A stretch of DNA of 64,000 nucleotides from Syntrophales bacterium (GCA_035358035.1 DAOPOS010000003.1:34513-98512), one strand, 5' to 3'. Shown: positions 38,693 through 47,602, counted from the first letter of the stretch. Notes: generated from the sequence alone by a model not told the origin. A program made the numbers and translations.

Positions 38693-40161
38693 CTGTCTGT
38701 GGATTCCTCCTTTAGGGGATCGGCCCGTCTCCCGGTCGGGGCCGGCTCGAAATGGCGCCGGGCGGCGATGAAATCGGGCAGGTGTTTCGCCATGTGCCAG
38801 AGGCTGTGGCGGTGCTCCCAGAGGCGGCTCCGGAAGCGGCGTCGCCAGGCGGGATCGGTGTAGAAGCGCTTGACGTGCGCGTTGTAGAGCTGGTCGAGGC
38901 GTTCGCGGGAGGCGATGCCCTTCGGCACGAAGACGAAGTTCAGGCAGTTCATCTGCCGCCAGTCCTCGTCGAACCGTCCTTCGTCCCGGATCGTCGCCCA
39001 GAGCGGCGCGCCCGGAAACGGGGTGAACTTCGTCATGTTCATGTCGTCGAGACCCAGGGCGAGGACGAAGTCGCTCGTCCGGCGGATGGAGGCCTCCGTC
39101 TCGCCCGGCAGGCCCATCATGAAGAGCCCCTTGGCCCTCAGGCCCGCCGCCCGGATCATCGCCACGGTCTCGCGGACCTCCTCCAGGGTCACGCCCGCCT
39201 TGTGGCGCGCCAGCATCTCGGGGTCGGCGGACTCGATCCCGAGCGAAACCATCAGGGCCCCCGCCGCCTTCAGCATCGCCAGGAGCTCCGGGTCCGTCTG
39301 GCCGACGCGCACGGCGCAGTTGAACTGCATCCCCAGCGGATTCTGCATGAGTTTTTCGCACAGCGCCGTGATGCGGGGGCGATTCGCGGTGAAGAGGTCG
39401 TCGTAGATGTTGACGTGGCGCACCTCGAAGCGCGTGCGCAGGTGCTTGAGGTGGTCGTAGATGTAGTCCGCGGAGTTGTAGCGGTAGCCGCGCTTGAAGA
39501 CGGAGCGGTCGCAGTAGGAGCACTGGTAGGGGCAGCCCCGGCTGGTGATCATTGTGGCGCCGGGAAACTGGACGTAGCTGAAGAGCGGCAGGTTGTAGCC
39601 CCTCGGGAAGCCGGCGAGTTTCTCGTAGGCCGGGAACGGAAGAGCGTCCAGATCGGGGAGCGGCGGCCGGGGCGGATTCGCGACGATGCATTCCCCGTCC
39701 CGACGGATCAGCCCCGCGATGCCGGCCGGATCCGCTCCCGAGGCGAGTTCCGCGAGGGTCGCCTCCCCCTCCCCCGGACAGAGATAATCGATGGCGTCGA
39801 AGCGCTCCAGGAGCGTCCCCTCCAGGGCGGAGACGTGCACGCCGCCGAAGACGGCGACGACCCCGGGACGGGCGGCCTTGATCGCCGCCGCCATCTCCCA
39901 GGCATCGAGAAACCCGGAGGTCGTGGCGGAAAAACCGACGAGGTCCGGGTCGCGTTCGAGAACGAGGCGCGCGTTCGCCGCCGTCCCGGAGACGGCATGC
40001 GGACCCAGGCAGTCGTGGACGAAGACCTCGTGGCCTTCGCGGGACAGGTAGGCGGCAATCGAAAGCAGCCCCAGCGGGGCCATCCGGTTGGCCGTCGCGG
40101 TGATGTCCTTTTCCCCCGGCACCCAGTTGGAGCCCGCCGGGTGGACCAGAACGATGCGCAT
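38689..40161 (-). CDS. B12-binding-domain radical SAM enzyme (class B)
   Basis: ATG at 40161 after GGAAGGAAGGGG. The N-terminal MRIVLVHPAG...LGLLSIAAYL...VGFSATTS is cobalamin-binding-like. Radical-SAM cluster motif SRGCPYQCSYCD. Confidence 0.85.
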   Translation of the reverse strand: MRIVLVHPAGSNWVPGEKDITATANRMAPLGLLSIAAYLSREGHEVFVHDCLGPHAVSGTAANARLVLERDPDLVGFSATTSGFLDAWEMAAAIKAARPGVVAVFGGVHVSALEGTLLERFDAIDYLCPGEGEATLAELASGADPAGIAGLIRRDGECIVANPPRPPLPDLDALPFPAYEKLAGFPRGYNLPLFSYVQFPGATMITSRGCPYQCSYCDRSVFKRGYRYNSADYIYDHLKHLRTRFEVRHVNIYDDLFTANRPRITALCEKLMQNPLGMQFNCAVRVGQTDPELLAMLKAAGALMVSLGIESADPEMLARHKAGVTLEEVRETVAMIRAAGLRAKGLFMMGLPGETEASIRRTSDFVLALGLDDMNMTKFTPFPGAPLWATIRDEGRFDEDWRQMNCLNFVFVPKGIASRERLDQLYNAHVKRFYTDPAWRRRFRSRLWEHRHSLWHMAKHLPDFIAARRHFEPAPTGRRADPLKEESTDR

Positions 40162-40259
40162 CAATCCCCTTCCTTCCCGCCCGTTAACCTGCCCCTGGAC
40201 ATCGGGGCCCCTCCGCGCGGCGGGCCTTTTCCGGCCCGGTTTCCCCTTCGCCGCGGCCC

Positions 40260-40844
40260 TCAGCCCCCGGCCTTCCCCCGTCTCTCGTCGAGCAGCGCCG
40301 CGACATTCCCCCGGTGGTTCCAGAAAACGAAGAGCGCCGTCGCCGCCGTCCCGGCGATCGGAATCGCCTGGCCGCCGCTCGCCGCGACCGTCGCCCCCCC
40401 GAGGGTCAGGATCATGAAGAAGGAGGCGACAAACGGGATCCGGACGATCCGGTGGACGACGACCCAGACGAGACAGGACAGGGCCGCCCCCCACGGGGCG
40501 ATGAGGACCGTGAAGCCCAGATAGTTGGCGACGCCCTTCCCGCCGCGGAAGCCGTGAAAGCAGGGGAACCGGTTCCCGAGGACGAGGGCGAAGCCGATCC
40601 AGGGAGCCCAGGCGAAGGGCAGCAGCCACAGGGCCAGGGCGGCGAAGCCGACGGCCCGGCCGACGTCGAGCAGGAGGACGACGGCCGCCCAGCCTCGCCC
40701 CGCCTGGCGGAAGACGTTCGTCGTCCCCGCGTTCCCGCTGAACTGCGTCCGGGGATCCGCCTTCCCCAGGAGATGAAGGACGATGATCGCGAAATTGACC
40801 GAGGCGGCGAGATACGCCAGCACAAACAGCGCGGCAACGCCCAT
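40260..40844 (-). CDS. plsY: acyl-phosphate:glycerol-3-phosphate acyltransferase
   Basis: SGNAGTTNVFR...FHGFRGGKGVA... are typical PlsY motifs. Multi-pass membrane protein. Confidence 0.9.
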   Translation of the reverse strand: MGVAALFVLAYLAASVNFAIIVLHLLGKADPRTQFSGNAGTTNVFRQAGRGWAAVVLLLDVGRAVGFAALALWLLPFAWAPWIGFALVLGNRFPCFHGFRGGKGVANYLGFTVLIAPWGAALSCLVWVVVHRIVRIPFVASFFMILTLGGATVAASGGQAIPIAGTAATALFVFWNHRGNVAALLDERRGKAGG

Positions 40845-40845
40845 C

Positions 40846-41766
40846 CTACACCCCTTCCCTCACCCAGGCCGGCGGGATCCGCCTTCCGCCCGAGATGTCC
40901 CGCATCCTCAGGCCCCGGATCACCTCCACGGCCCGTCGTTTTTCGTCGTCGATCTGGAAATCGAAGCGCAGGGTCGCCCCTTCGTCCGCAAGGGGGGAAA
41001 CCCGGCAGACGTAGCGCCCGCCGGACGACGTCGGGAAGAGAATCTCCCGGCGGTCGAAGCCGACGGGAAAGGCCACGACGCCCCGGTAGCGCTGTCCCCA
41101 GGCGCAGGCCACGTGCATGGCGGCGTCGAAGGGAAAGGGCGACCCCAGGGGACCGTCGGCCTCCGGAAAACGTCCGCCGGAAAGGGCTGCCGCCGCCCCG
41201 GCCGACGTGAGACACACCTCGCCCGTCACGTTCCGCCAGGCGGGTCCGAACGGGACCAGTTCCTCGTAGAGGCGGGCGCCGGGGACGACAAAGGGCGCCG
41301 TGTCTTGCCGCGTCGTGTCCTCATCATCCCGCCTCCCTTCACCGGAGGCGCCCCGGACCGCCCTCTCCCGGGCGGTTGTCGTCTCCTCTCCGGTGTCCGT
41401 CCCCGCCCCGCGCACGGCGGGAAAATGCACGCATGCATGCTCGATGCGGCGGGTGCAGGCCGTCCGCCGTCCGGTGCGTCGCGTCGTCAGACGGGAACGG
41501 CACCCCCCGCCGGGCAGCGGCTCGACCTCGTGGACCGCCTCGATGCGCGCCGCCGCCTCGTCCACGATGAGGAGGTGGGAGAACTGCGCCCCCTCCTGAC
41601 GGCGGGCGTCGTACGCCGGCGGCAGCGTCCGGGCCAGGATCTGCAGGGCCTCCGCGGCGGGCAGGACGCAGCGTCCGTCCGCACGGTGCTCGCGCAGATA
41701 CGCGGGAACGGGGATGACGAGGGGGATTTGCCCGGGATGCTTCACGGCTGGGGGAACGTCTTCCAT
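40846..41766 (-). CDS. stand-alone PKS-type (double hot-dog) dehydratase-like protein
   Basis: ATG at 41766. HRADGRCVLP matches HxxxGxxxxP, and DAAMH matches DxxxQ/H in the second half. A charged low-complexity linker of about 45 aa separates the halves. Confidence 0.6.
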   Translation of the reverse strand: MEDVPPAVKHPGQIPLVIPVPAYLREHRADGRCVLPAAEALQILARTLPPAYDARRQEGAQFSHLLIVDEAAARIEAVHEVEPLPGGGCRSRLTTRRTGRRTACTRRIEHACVHFPAVRGAGTDTGEETTTARERAVRGASGEGRRDDEDTTRQDTAPFVVPGARLYEELVPFGPAWRNVTGEVCLTSAGAAAALSGGRFPEADGPLGSPFPFDAAMHVACAWGQRYRGVVAFPVGFDRREILFPTSSGGRYVCRVSPLADEGATLRFDFQIDDEKRRAVEVIRGLRMRDISGGRRIPPAWVREGV

Positions 41767-42224
41767 AGATGAACCGTTTTGGGGTCGACGGCCACGGGCA
41801 CGCCCCGGGCGTTCAGGGCGCAGTGGCGGGTGAATCCCCGGCAGACCTCGACGCCCGACTCCGCATGCAGAATGATGTAGTCGAAGCGGAGGCGCACCCG
41901 CTCCAGTTCTCCGGGACGGGTATGGATCCACATGGGGTCGTCGTAATGGAGCGCCTGATAGAACTGGACGCCCATCTCGATGATGGGGTAGACGTAGCCC
42001 CCGGCCTCGATCTCCCGGTAGGGATAGGCGGCGTCCCGCATCAGGGACGTGCGTCCCAGTTCGAAGTATCTCAGGTAATTCGCGTGATACACGACCGTGG
42101 AGCGGTCCGTATCGGCGTAGAGGGTCCGGTGGGAACAGCGATGCCAGACGAGGCCGGTTGCGGCGTCGCGGACATACCGTCCCTCATCGGACAGGGATTC
42201 CGGCCGGAAGGGTTTCGGCTTCAT
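41742..42224 (-). CDS. 4HBT/YbgC-type acyl thioesterase
   Basis: ...RTLYADTDRSTVVYHANYLRYFELGR... (hot-dog thioesterase N-terminal Asp motif). ATGA overlap with the upstream KS stop. Confidence 0.8.
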   Translation of the reverse strand: MKPKPFRPESLSDEGRYVRDAATGLVWHRCSHRTLYADTDRSTVVYHANYLRYFELGRTSLMRDAAYPYREIEAGGYVYPIIEMGVQFYQALHYDDPMWIHTRPGELERVRLRFDYIILHAESGVEVCRGFTRHCALNARGVPVAVDPKTVHLWKTFPQP

Positions 42225-43489
42225 CCCGCACCTCCGAAGACGATGCAGCAGTTCGTCCCCCCGAAGCCGAAGGCGTTCGCCAGGGCGGTTGCGTAACGCT
42301 GGCGGCGGGCGCGATCGGGGACGCAGTCGATGTCGGCGAAGCGCGGGTCGGGGCGGTGGTTGATCGTCGGCAGGATCACCCCCCGCTGCATGCCTTCGAT
42401 CGTCAGGGCGTCCTCGATGGCCGCCGCGGCCCCCAACGTATGGCCGAGCTGCGATTTGTTTGAGGACAGGGGGATCCGCTCGAGGCCCTTCCCGAAGACC
42501 GTCCGGAGGCAGGCGATCTCCGTCAGGTCGCCCTTCTGTGTGGAGGTCCCGTGCGTATTGATGTACCCGATATCCGCCGGCGCGAGCCCCGCGTCGGCAA
42601 TGGCCTCGCGGATGGCCCGCACGATCGTTTTGGCGTTGGGATTGGTGAAGTGGTACGCGTCGGAGGTCCAGCCGACGCCCAGGACCTCCGCCCGGGCGGT
42701 CAGGCCGAACCGGGCGAGCGCCTCCTCGGCCGCGAGGACGAGCACGCCCGCGCCTTCGGACAGGACGAAGCCGCGCCGGTCCGCGCTGAAGGGGCGCGAG
42801 GCCTGCGCGGGGTCGTCATACGCCCGGTCCCCCGGGAGGACCTTGATCGTGGCGTTCATGTTGGTGAAGCCGTGGATGATCTCCGGCAGGATGGGGGTGT
42901 CCACCCCGCCCGCGAGCGCGAAATCGCAGTCCCCGTCGCGGATCATCCGCGCCCCGATGCCGACCGCGTGGTTGCCGGAGGCACAGGCCCCCTGCGGCGA
43001 GAAGACGGGTCCGGTGAAGCCCAGGAGCATCCCCGCCTTGCCCGAGGGGAGGTTGGCGCAGAGGTTGGGCAGGAGGTAGGGGCTCACCTTGAGCGGCCCC
43101 CGCTCCTGGAAATTCAGCATGGCGGTCCGGAAGGCGTCGGTGCCGTTGATTGCCGAGCCGATGAGGCAGGCCGTGCGCGGCGCGGTCTCCTCGTTCATCT
43201 CCAGTCCGGCGTGGTCCAGGGCCTCCCGGCAGACCGCCATGGTCAGGAGAACGAAGGCGGCGTTCCAGTTGTAGACCTCCTTGGCATCGGCAAACTCGAG
43301 GCCCGCGGGGTCCCAGCCGGGGATCTCCCCGACCACGTCGCAGACGGACTGGACCTTGCAGCGGGTAACCTTCCGGAAGCCCGCCTCGCCCTTGGCGGCG
43401 CGCGCCCACGTCTCGGCGAAGGTCCGCCCCAGGGGGGTGGCCGCCCCGTAGCCGATCACGAAGACCCGTCTGTTCCGTGGCGCTTTCAT
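42221..43489 (-). CDS. beta-ketoacyl synthase (KAS I/II type)
   Basis: Active-site contexts GACASGN, SDAYH, NTHGTSTQ, NKSQLGH. Confidence 0.9.
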   Translation of the reverse strand: MKAPRNRRVFVIGYGAATPLGRTFAETWARAAKGEAGFRKVTRCKVQSVCDVVGEIPGWDPAGLEFADAKEVYNWNAAFVLLTMAVCREALDHAGLEMNEETAPRTACLIGSAINGTDAFRTAMLNFQERGPLKVSPYLLPNLCANLPSGKAGMLLGFTGPVFSPQGACASGNHAVGIGARMIRDGDCDFALAGGVDTPILPEIIHGFTNMNATIKVLPGDRAYDDPAQASRPFSADRRGFVLSEGAGVLVLAAEEALARFGLTARAEVLGVGWTSDAYHFTNPNAKTIVRAIREAIADAGLAPADIGYINTHGTSTQKGDLTEIACLRTVFGKGLERIPLSSNKSQLGHTLGAAAAIEDALTIEGMQRGVILPTINHRPDPRFADIDCVPDRARRQRYATALANAFGFGGTNCCIVFGGAG

Positions 43490-43501
43490 GCCCGCCTCAT
43501 A

Positions 43502-44752
43502 TCAGGTGACGCGACGAAATACAAGGCACGCATTGCAGCCGCCGAAGCCGAAGGCGTTTTTCAGGACGACGGTCTGGTCCAGGCGCCGTGCGCCTTCGGC
43601 CACGCAGTCGAGCGGGATTCCCGGGTCCGGGTGGTGGTTGATCGTGGGCAGGAGCACGCCCCGGCGCAGACCCTCGATCGCCAGCACGGACTCGACGGCG
43701 CTCGTCGCCCCCATGGCGTGGCCGAGCTGCGATTTGTTGGCCGAGACGGGCGGGACCCGGTCCCCGAAGACCTCCCTCAGGGCGTCGGCCTCGACCTGGT
43801 CCCCGATCTTCGTCGAGGCGGCGTGGGCGTTGACGGCGTCGATCGCGGCGGGAGGGAGGCCGGCGTGCCGGAGGCCCTCGGCGATGCAGCGGGCAACCTG
43901 GGCGCGGTTGGGCATCACGGCGTGGTAGGCGTCGGCCGTCATGGCCCAGCCGGCCAGTTCCGTTTCGAAGTTAAGGCCGTGCGCCCGGGCGAACGCCCGG
44001 GAGGCGATCACGATGCAGGCGGCGCCCTCCGAGACGACGAAGCCGCGCCGCCCCAGGGAGAACGGTGCGCTCGCCGCTTCGGGCGGAACGGGCGCCTCCC
44101 CCCCCTTCGGCCGGTAGGCGCCGTTCATCGTGGCGAAACCGGCCACGATGGACTCGACCAGGGGAAAATCCACGGCGCCGCAGAGGGCGATGTCGGCCAT
44201 ACCCTGGGCGATGAACATCGCCCCCAGGACGAGGGAACTGCTCCCCGTGGCGCATGCCGTGATGATCGAGGCGATCGGTCCGGTCGCCCCGGTGAAGATC
44301 GCCACCTTGCCGCCCACCATGTTGATGCAGGCGTTGGGGTTCATGAAGGGCTGGGGGAGTTTCCCGGAGGCCGTCAGCGCCCGGTCCGCCGCGACGAGCG
44401 CGTCCAGGCCGCCGATCGCGGAGCTGAAGGTGACGGCGGTCCGCGGGGCCGTCTCCGGCGTGATCTCCACACCGGCGCGCTTCAGGGCGCGGTGGACGAC
44501 GAGCAGGGCGTGGGGGAAGACGGGCGAGGTCCAGTGGGCCATCTCGCGGGGGCGGAGGAAGGGATAGGGGGCGACGTCCATCTCCGGGACCTGGCCGGCG
44601 ATCCGGACGGGAAACCCGTCGCGCGGGGGAAAGCGGGTCAGCGGGCCGATACCGCTCTCCCCGGCCGCGGCCCGCGCCCACTGCCGATCGAGGTCCGTAC
44701 CAAGCGGCGAAACGCAGTCATATCCGAGAATCACGGGTCGCAAGTCAGTCAT
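43502..44752 (-). CDS. beta-ketoacyl synthase paralog (divergent)
   Basis: TACATGS, ADAYH, NAHAASTK, NKSQLGH. The Cys-His-His triad appears to be retained. Confidence 0.85.
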   Translation of the reverse strand: MTDLRPVILGYDCVSPLGTDLDRQWARAAAGESGIGPLTRFPPRDGFPVRIAGQVPEMDVAPYPFLRPREMAHWTSPVFPHALLVVHRALKRAGVEITPETAPRTAVTFSSAIGGLDALVAADRALTASGKLPQPFMNPNACINMVGGKVAIFTGATGPIASIITACATGSSSLVLGAMFIAQGMADIALCGAVDFPLVESIVAGFATMNGAYRPKGGEAPVPPEAASAPFSLGRRGFVVSEGAACIVIASRAFARAHGLNFETELAGWAMTADAYHAVMPNRAQVARCIAEGLRHAGLPPAAIDAVNAHAASTKIGDQVEADALREVFGDRVPPVSANKSQLGHAMGATSAVESVLAIEGLRRGVLLPTINHHPDPGIPLDCVAEGARRLDQTVVLKNAFGFGGCNACLVFRRVT

Positions 44753-44818
44753 GGCCGTTCTCGTGGTTGAGCGGGACCGCGCCCCCGCAGCGGAGGCCCC
44801 CGCGCATCGCCAGGGCGC

Positions 44819-45817
44819 TCACCAGGGCAGGAAGCGGTAGAGTTTGGCGAACATCTCGTAGACCTCGATCCAGTTCTGCAGGTCTTTGGCCGAGCGCAGA
44901 TGGGCCCGCTTGTTCACCATCACCCAGCTCATGTGGGCGGCGCCGTCCTTACAGGTCGCGCAGTCGCGGGTGGCCGACGTGCAGCAGCGGTGCATCGTCT
45001 CCAGGTCCGCCGCCCAGCGGATGAAGCGGATCAGGCGCTTCGGACGGGGATCGCGGGTGTCGAGCGGTTCCGTCACGGAGGGGCATTCCATCCACCCGAA
45101 GGGGCGCCCGAGCATCCGGCCGGTCGTGATGATCTCGTGGTAGTACCGGCAGGAGACGACGGTCCGCGGGTAGGCGTCGAGCATGGCGTCCATCTCGGCG
45201 CGGAGGTCGGCGAGCTGGGAGGGGGTCCAGGAGAACCCCTCCACGCCCTCGTCGTTCGACAACAGCTGCATGTGGACCTTGAGCCCCACGTCGGCGATGC
45301 GCCGGATGACGCGCTCCGTGCGGCCGATCTGCCGGGGGGTGATCGTGTAGAGGTAGTAGGTGTACGGGTCGCCCGCGTAGTTCCGGCTGGAGACGGCGAA
45401 GACGTCCCTCCCGCGGAGGAGCTTCTCGTCCTCCTCGTCCCCCCAGAGCGAGATCCCGATCATCATCTCGGGGAAACGGTCGCGGGGCGCCTTGATGAGG
45501 CCGTTCGTGGCGAGGTACGTGGGAATCCGCCGGTAGAAGGCCTCGACGCGGTCGAGGTGGAGGGTCGGTTCGCCCCCGATGAGGATGGCGAGATTCACCC
45601 CGCGCGCCTGCTCCCGGGCCACGAAGGCCTCCCATTTCGCGAGGTCGGTCTCTTCGGGCGCGGCCCGGTGCTCGCCGGAGGAGAAGAAGAAGCACCCCTT
45701 GCAGCGCAGGTTGCAGCGGTTCGTCACGTCGTAGATCGAACTGCGGATGTTCAGGCGGGAGATCGCCCGGTAGCGCGCGGCCCAGGGCTCATCGAGAAGC
45801 GTGCTGACGGTGTGCAT
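44819..45817 (-). CDS. radical SAM enzyme (paralog 2)
   Basis: IYDVTNRCNLRCKGCFF; GGEPTL; C-terminal Cys motif HRCCTSATRDCATCKDGAA. Confidence 0.85.
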   Translation of the reverse strand: MHTVSTLLDEPWAARYRAISRLNIRSSIYDVTNRCNLRCKGCFFFSSGEHRAAPEETDLAKWEAFVAREQARGVNLAILIGGEPTLHLDRVEAFYRRIPTYLATNGLIKAPRDRFPEMMIGISLWGDEEDEKLLRGRDVFAVSSRNYAGDPYTYYLYTITPRQIGRTERVIRRIADVGLKVHMQLLSNDEGVEGFSWTPSQLADLRAEMDAMLDAYPRTVVSCRYYHEIITTGRMLGRPFGWMECPSVTEPLDTRDPRPKRLIRFIRWAADLETMHRCCTSATRDCATCKDGAAHMSWVMVNKRAHLRSAKDLQNWIEVYEMFAKLYRFLPW

Positions 45818-45820
45818 GGC

Positions 45821-47011
45821 TTACGGTTTCCTCGCGGGGAGGGGATCCGGCGGGGCGATCATCTCCTGGCAGAGGGTCTCCCCCTTTTCGTAGCCCATCA
45901 CCCAGACGGCGAGATAGGTGTCGACGTAATCGAGCCAGGCGCGAAAGGTCCCTGGATCCGTGGCGTGCCGGTAGAGCCGCGCGGTGACCACCGCGCTCCC
46001 CGCCGCATAGTGGCGGCAGTCGTCGCAGTCCGTGTCGGGCACGCAGCAGGCAACGTCGCGGTCCCAGGTCAGGTCGGCCCGGAACTGGCGGAAGGAGCGT
46101 CCGAGGCCGAGGGCGGTGGAGGGGTTCCGCCGGGGATAGGCGCAGCGGTACAGGTCGTGGAGACCCTGGACCTCGGTGTGGGCGACGGCGTTGTAGGGCG
46201 AAAAGAGGACGTGGCCGGGGTGACGGTCCATCATCCCGGACATGACGTCCCGCGTCCGGGCGAGCGAGGCGGCGTCGTGGCGGAGGGGGCCCGTGTAGCC
46301 GACCGGCGCGGAGAACACGTTGAAGGTCGCCCTGCAACCGGCCGCGGCCAGGGTGTCCATGACGCCCGCGCACTCCCCGACGTTTTCCCGCGTGAAGGTA
46401 TAGACGAAGACGGCGCGCGGGTCGCCCGCGTAGTTGTCGATCTGGCGGCCGAGGAGGCCCTTCGCCTTGCGGACGCGCAGGCTCGTGGCGTCGTTGCCCC
46501 AGACGGAGATGTGGATCCTGTAGCCTACGGCGGGATCGATGCGGCGGACCCCGTTGGTCGCGATGCAGCCCAGGGGCGCCTCGGCGAAGCAGACCGCGAG
46601 CCGCTCGGGAACGAGCGAGGGCTCGGCCCCCGCCAGCACGACATAGGTGATGCCGCGCGCCTTTTCCCGGCGCATCAGGTCGCGCCACGCCTCCGGGTCG
46701 TCGTTCTCGCGGGCGAACTGCTTTTCGCCCTCGTAATAGTAGCAGCCGTCGCAACGGAGGTTGCAGCGGTTCGTCATGTCGTACGTGGATTCGCGCAGGA
46801 AAAAGTATTTTCGCACCTTTTCCCAGCGCTCCCGGACCTCCGGCGGGGCGAGCAGCTCGGAAAACTTCCACCGGCGCGGCGCAACCGCCACCGGGGCGGA
46901 AAGGACGTCCGCGGCGGCCCGGCGCTCACGGTCCGTCGCCCCCCCCGCCTTCGGGTCCCTGTGATCGTCGCGGCGCCGCACGCGGGCACCGCACGTCTTG
47001 GCCTCGCTCAT
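45821..47011 (-). CDS. radical SAM enzyme (paralog 1, with an Arg-rich N-terminal extension)
   Basis: The ATG at 47011 overlaps the ACP stop (ATGA). TYDMTNRCNLRCDGCYY; GAEPSL; C-terminal VACCVPDTDCDDCRHYAA. Confidence 0.8.
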   Translation of the reverse strand: MSEAKTCGARVRRRDDHRDPKAGGATDRERRAAADVLSAPVAVAPRRWKFSELLAPPEVRERWEKVRKYFFLRESTYDMTNRCNLRCDGCYYYEGEKQFARENDDPEAWRDLMRREKARGITYVVLAGAEPSLVPERLAVCFAEAPLGCIATNGVRRIDPAVGYRIHISVWGNDATSLRVRKAKGLLGRQIDNYAGDPRAVFVYTFTRENVGECAGVMDTLAAAGCRATFNVFSAPVGYTGPLRHDAASLARTRDVMSGMMDRHPGHVLFSPYNAVAHTEVQGLHDLYRCAYPRRNPSTALGLGRSFRQFRADLTWDRDVACCVPDTDCDDCRHYAAGSAVVTARLYRHATDPGTFRAWLDYVDTYLAVWVMGYEKGETLCQEMIAPPDPLPARKP

Positions 47012-47274
47012 GAATGCAATTTCTTTTGCAGGTATTCGGCGATCAACCGGAGGGTCTTCAACGTCGGATAGTCGTCCTCGTCGATGAAGACGCCGTACTC
47101 GTCCTGCAACACCAGGGCCACCGTCGCCAGATCCATGCTGTCCACGCCGAGCTCGTCCACCAGGTCCATATCGGGATCGAACGTCTCCGGCGTCACGTCT
47201 TCCAGCTTCAGCTCCTCGATCATGATCGTGGCAATCCGGAGGATCAGCGCCTGGGTGTCCATCCGCTCCGGCAT
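47008..47274 (-). CDS. acyl carrier protein
   Basis: ATG at 47274 after GGGAGG. Phosphopantetheine-attachment motif LGVDSMDLATV. 88 aa. Confidence 0.85.
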   Translation of the reverse strand: MPERMDTQALILRIATIMIEELKLEDVTPETFDPDMDLVDELGVDSMDLATVALVLQDEYGVFIDEDDYPTLKTLRLIAEYLQKKLHS

Positions 47275-47602
47275 GGTGCAACCTCCCTCACACAAAAAGT
47301 CCGCCCCGCTTCGGGTCACGGCCGTCCGAAAAGTGCCTTTTTGCAGGACAATCCCTCCATTTGTCAAGAGATTTATGGATCGTCCCATCCGGTTTTTTAA
47401 CACATCCGGCCGGGGGAAACAACGTTTTCATCGGGTCGTCCCTCCCGTCCCATCGCCCTGTGGGGAATGCCTGCGCGGCCTCCGGGGGTTGCGGCGATGC
47501 CGGACGGGATATTGCTGTTGATTCCTGTTTCCGGGACGTGTATGGTCCGACCGATATCGAAACAGCACCCCTTCCCCCGGGAGAGGGCATCCGGAAGGAA
47601 CT

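Noticed and set aside
37184-39691. An 835-aa minus-strand ORF spanning the thiolase gene and part of the B12-radical-SAM gene
   Set aside because: The N-terminal 333 aa are low-complexity Arg/Pro-rich and overlap the radical-SAM gene in another frame. The real thiolase-like gene starts at the ATG at 38692, which has an SD and an ATGA overlap.
47281-47602. A sigma54 promoter (TGGCAC-N5-TTGC) or strong sigma70 promoter for the lipid operon
   Set aside because: There is only a TTGACA without an acceptable -10 box, and a GGCAC without TTGC. A CATCCGG direct repeat (17-nt period) was seen but is too short to interpret.
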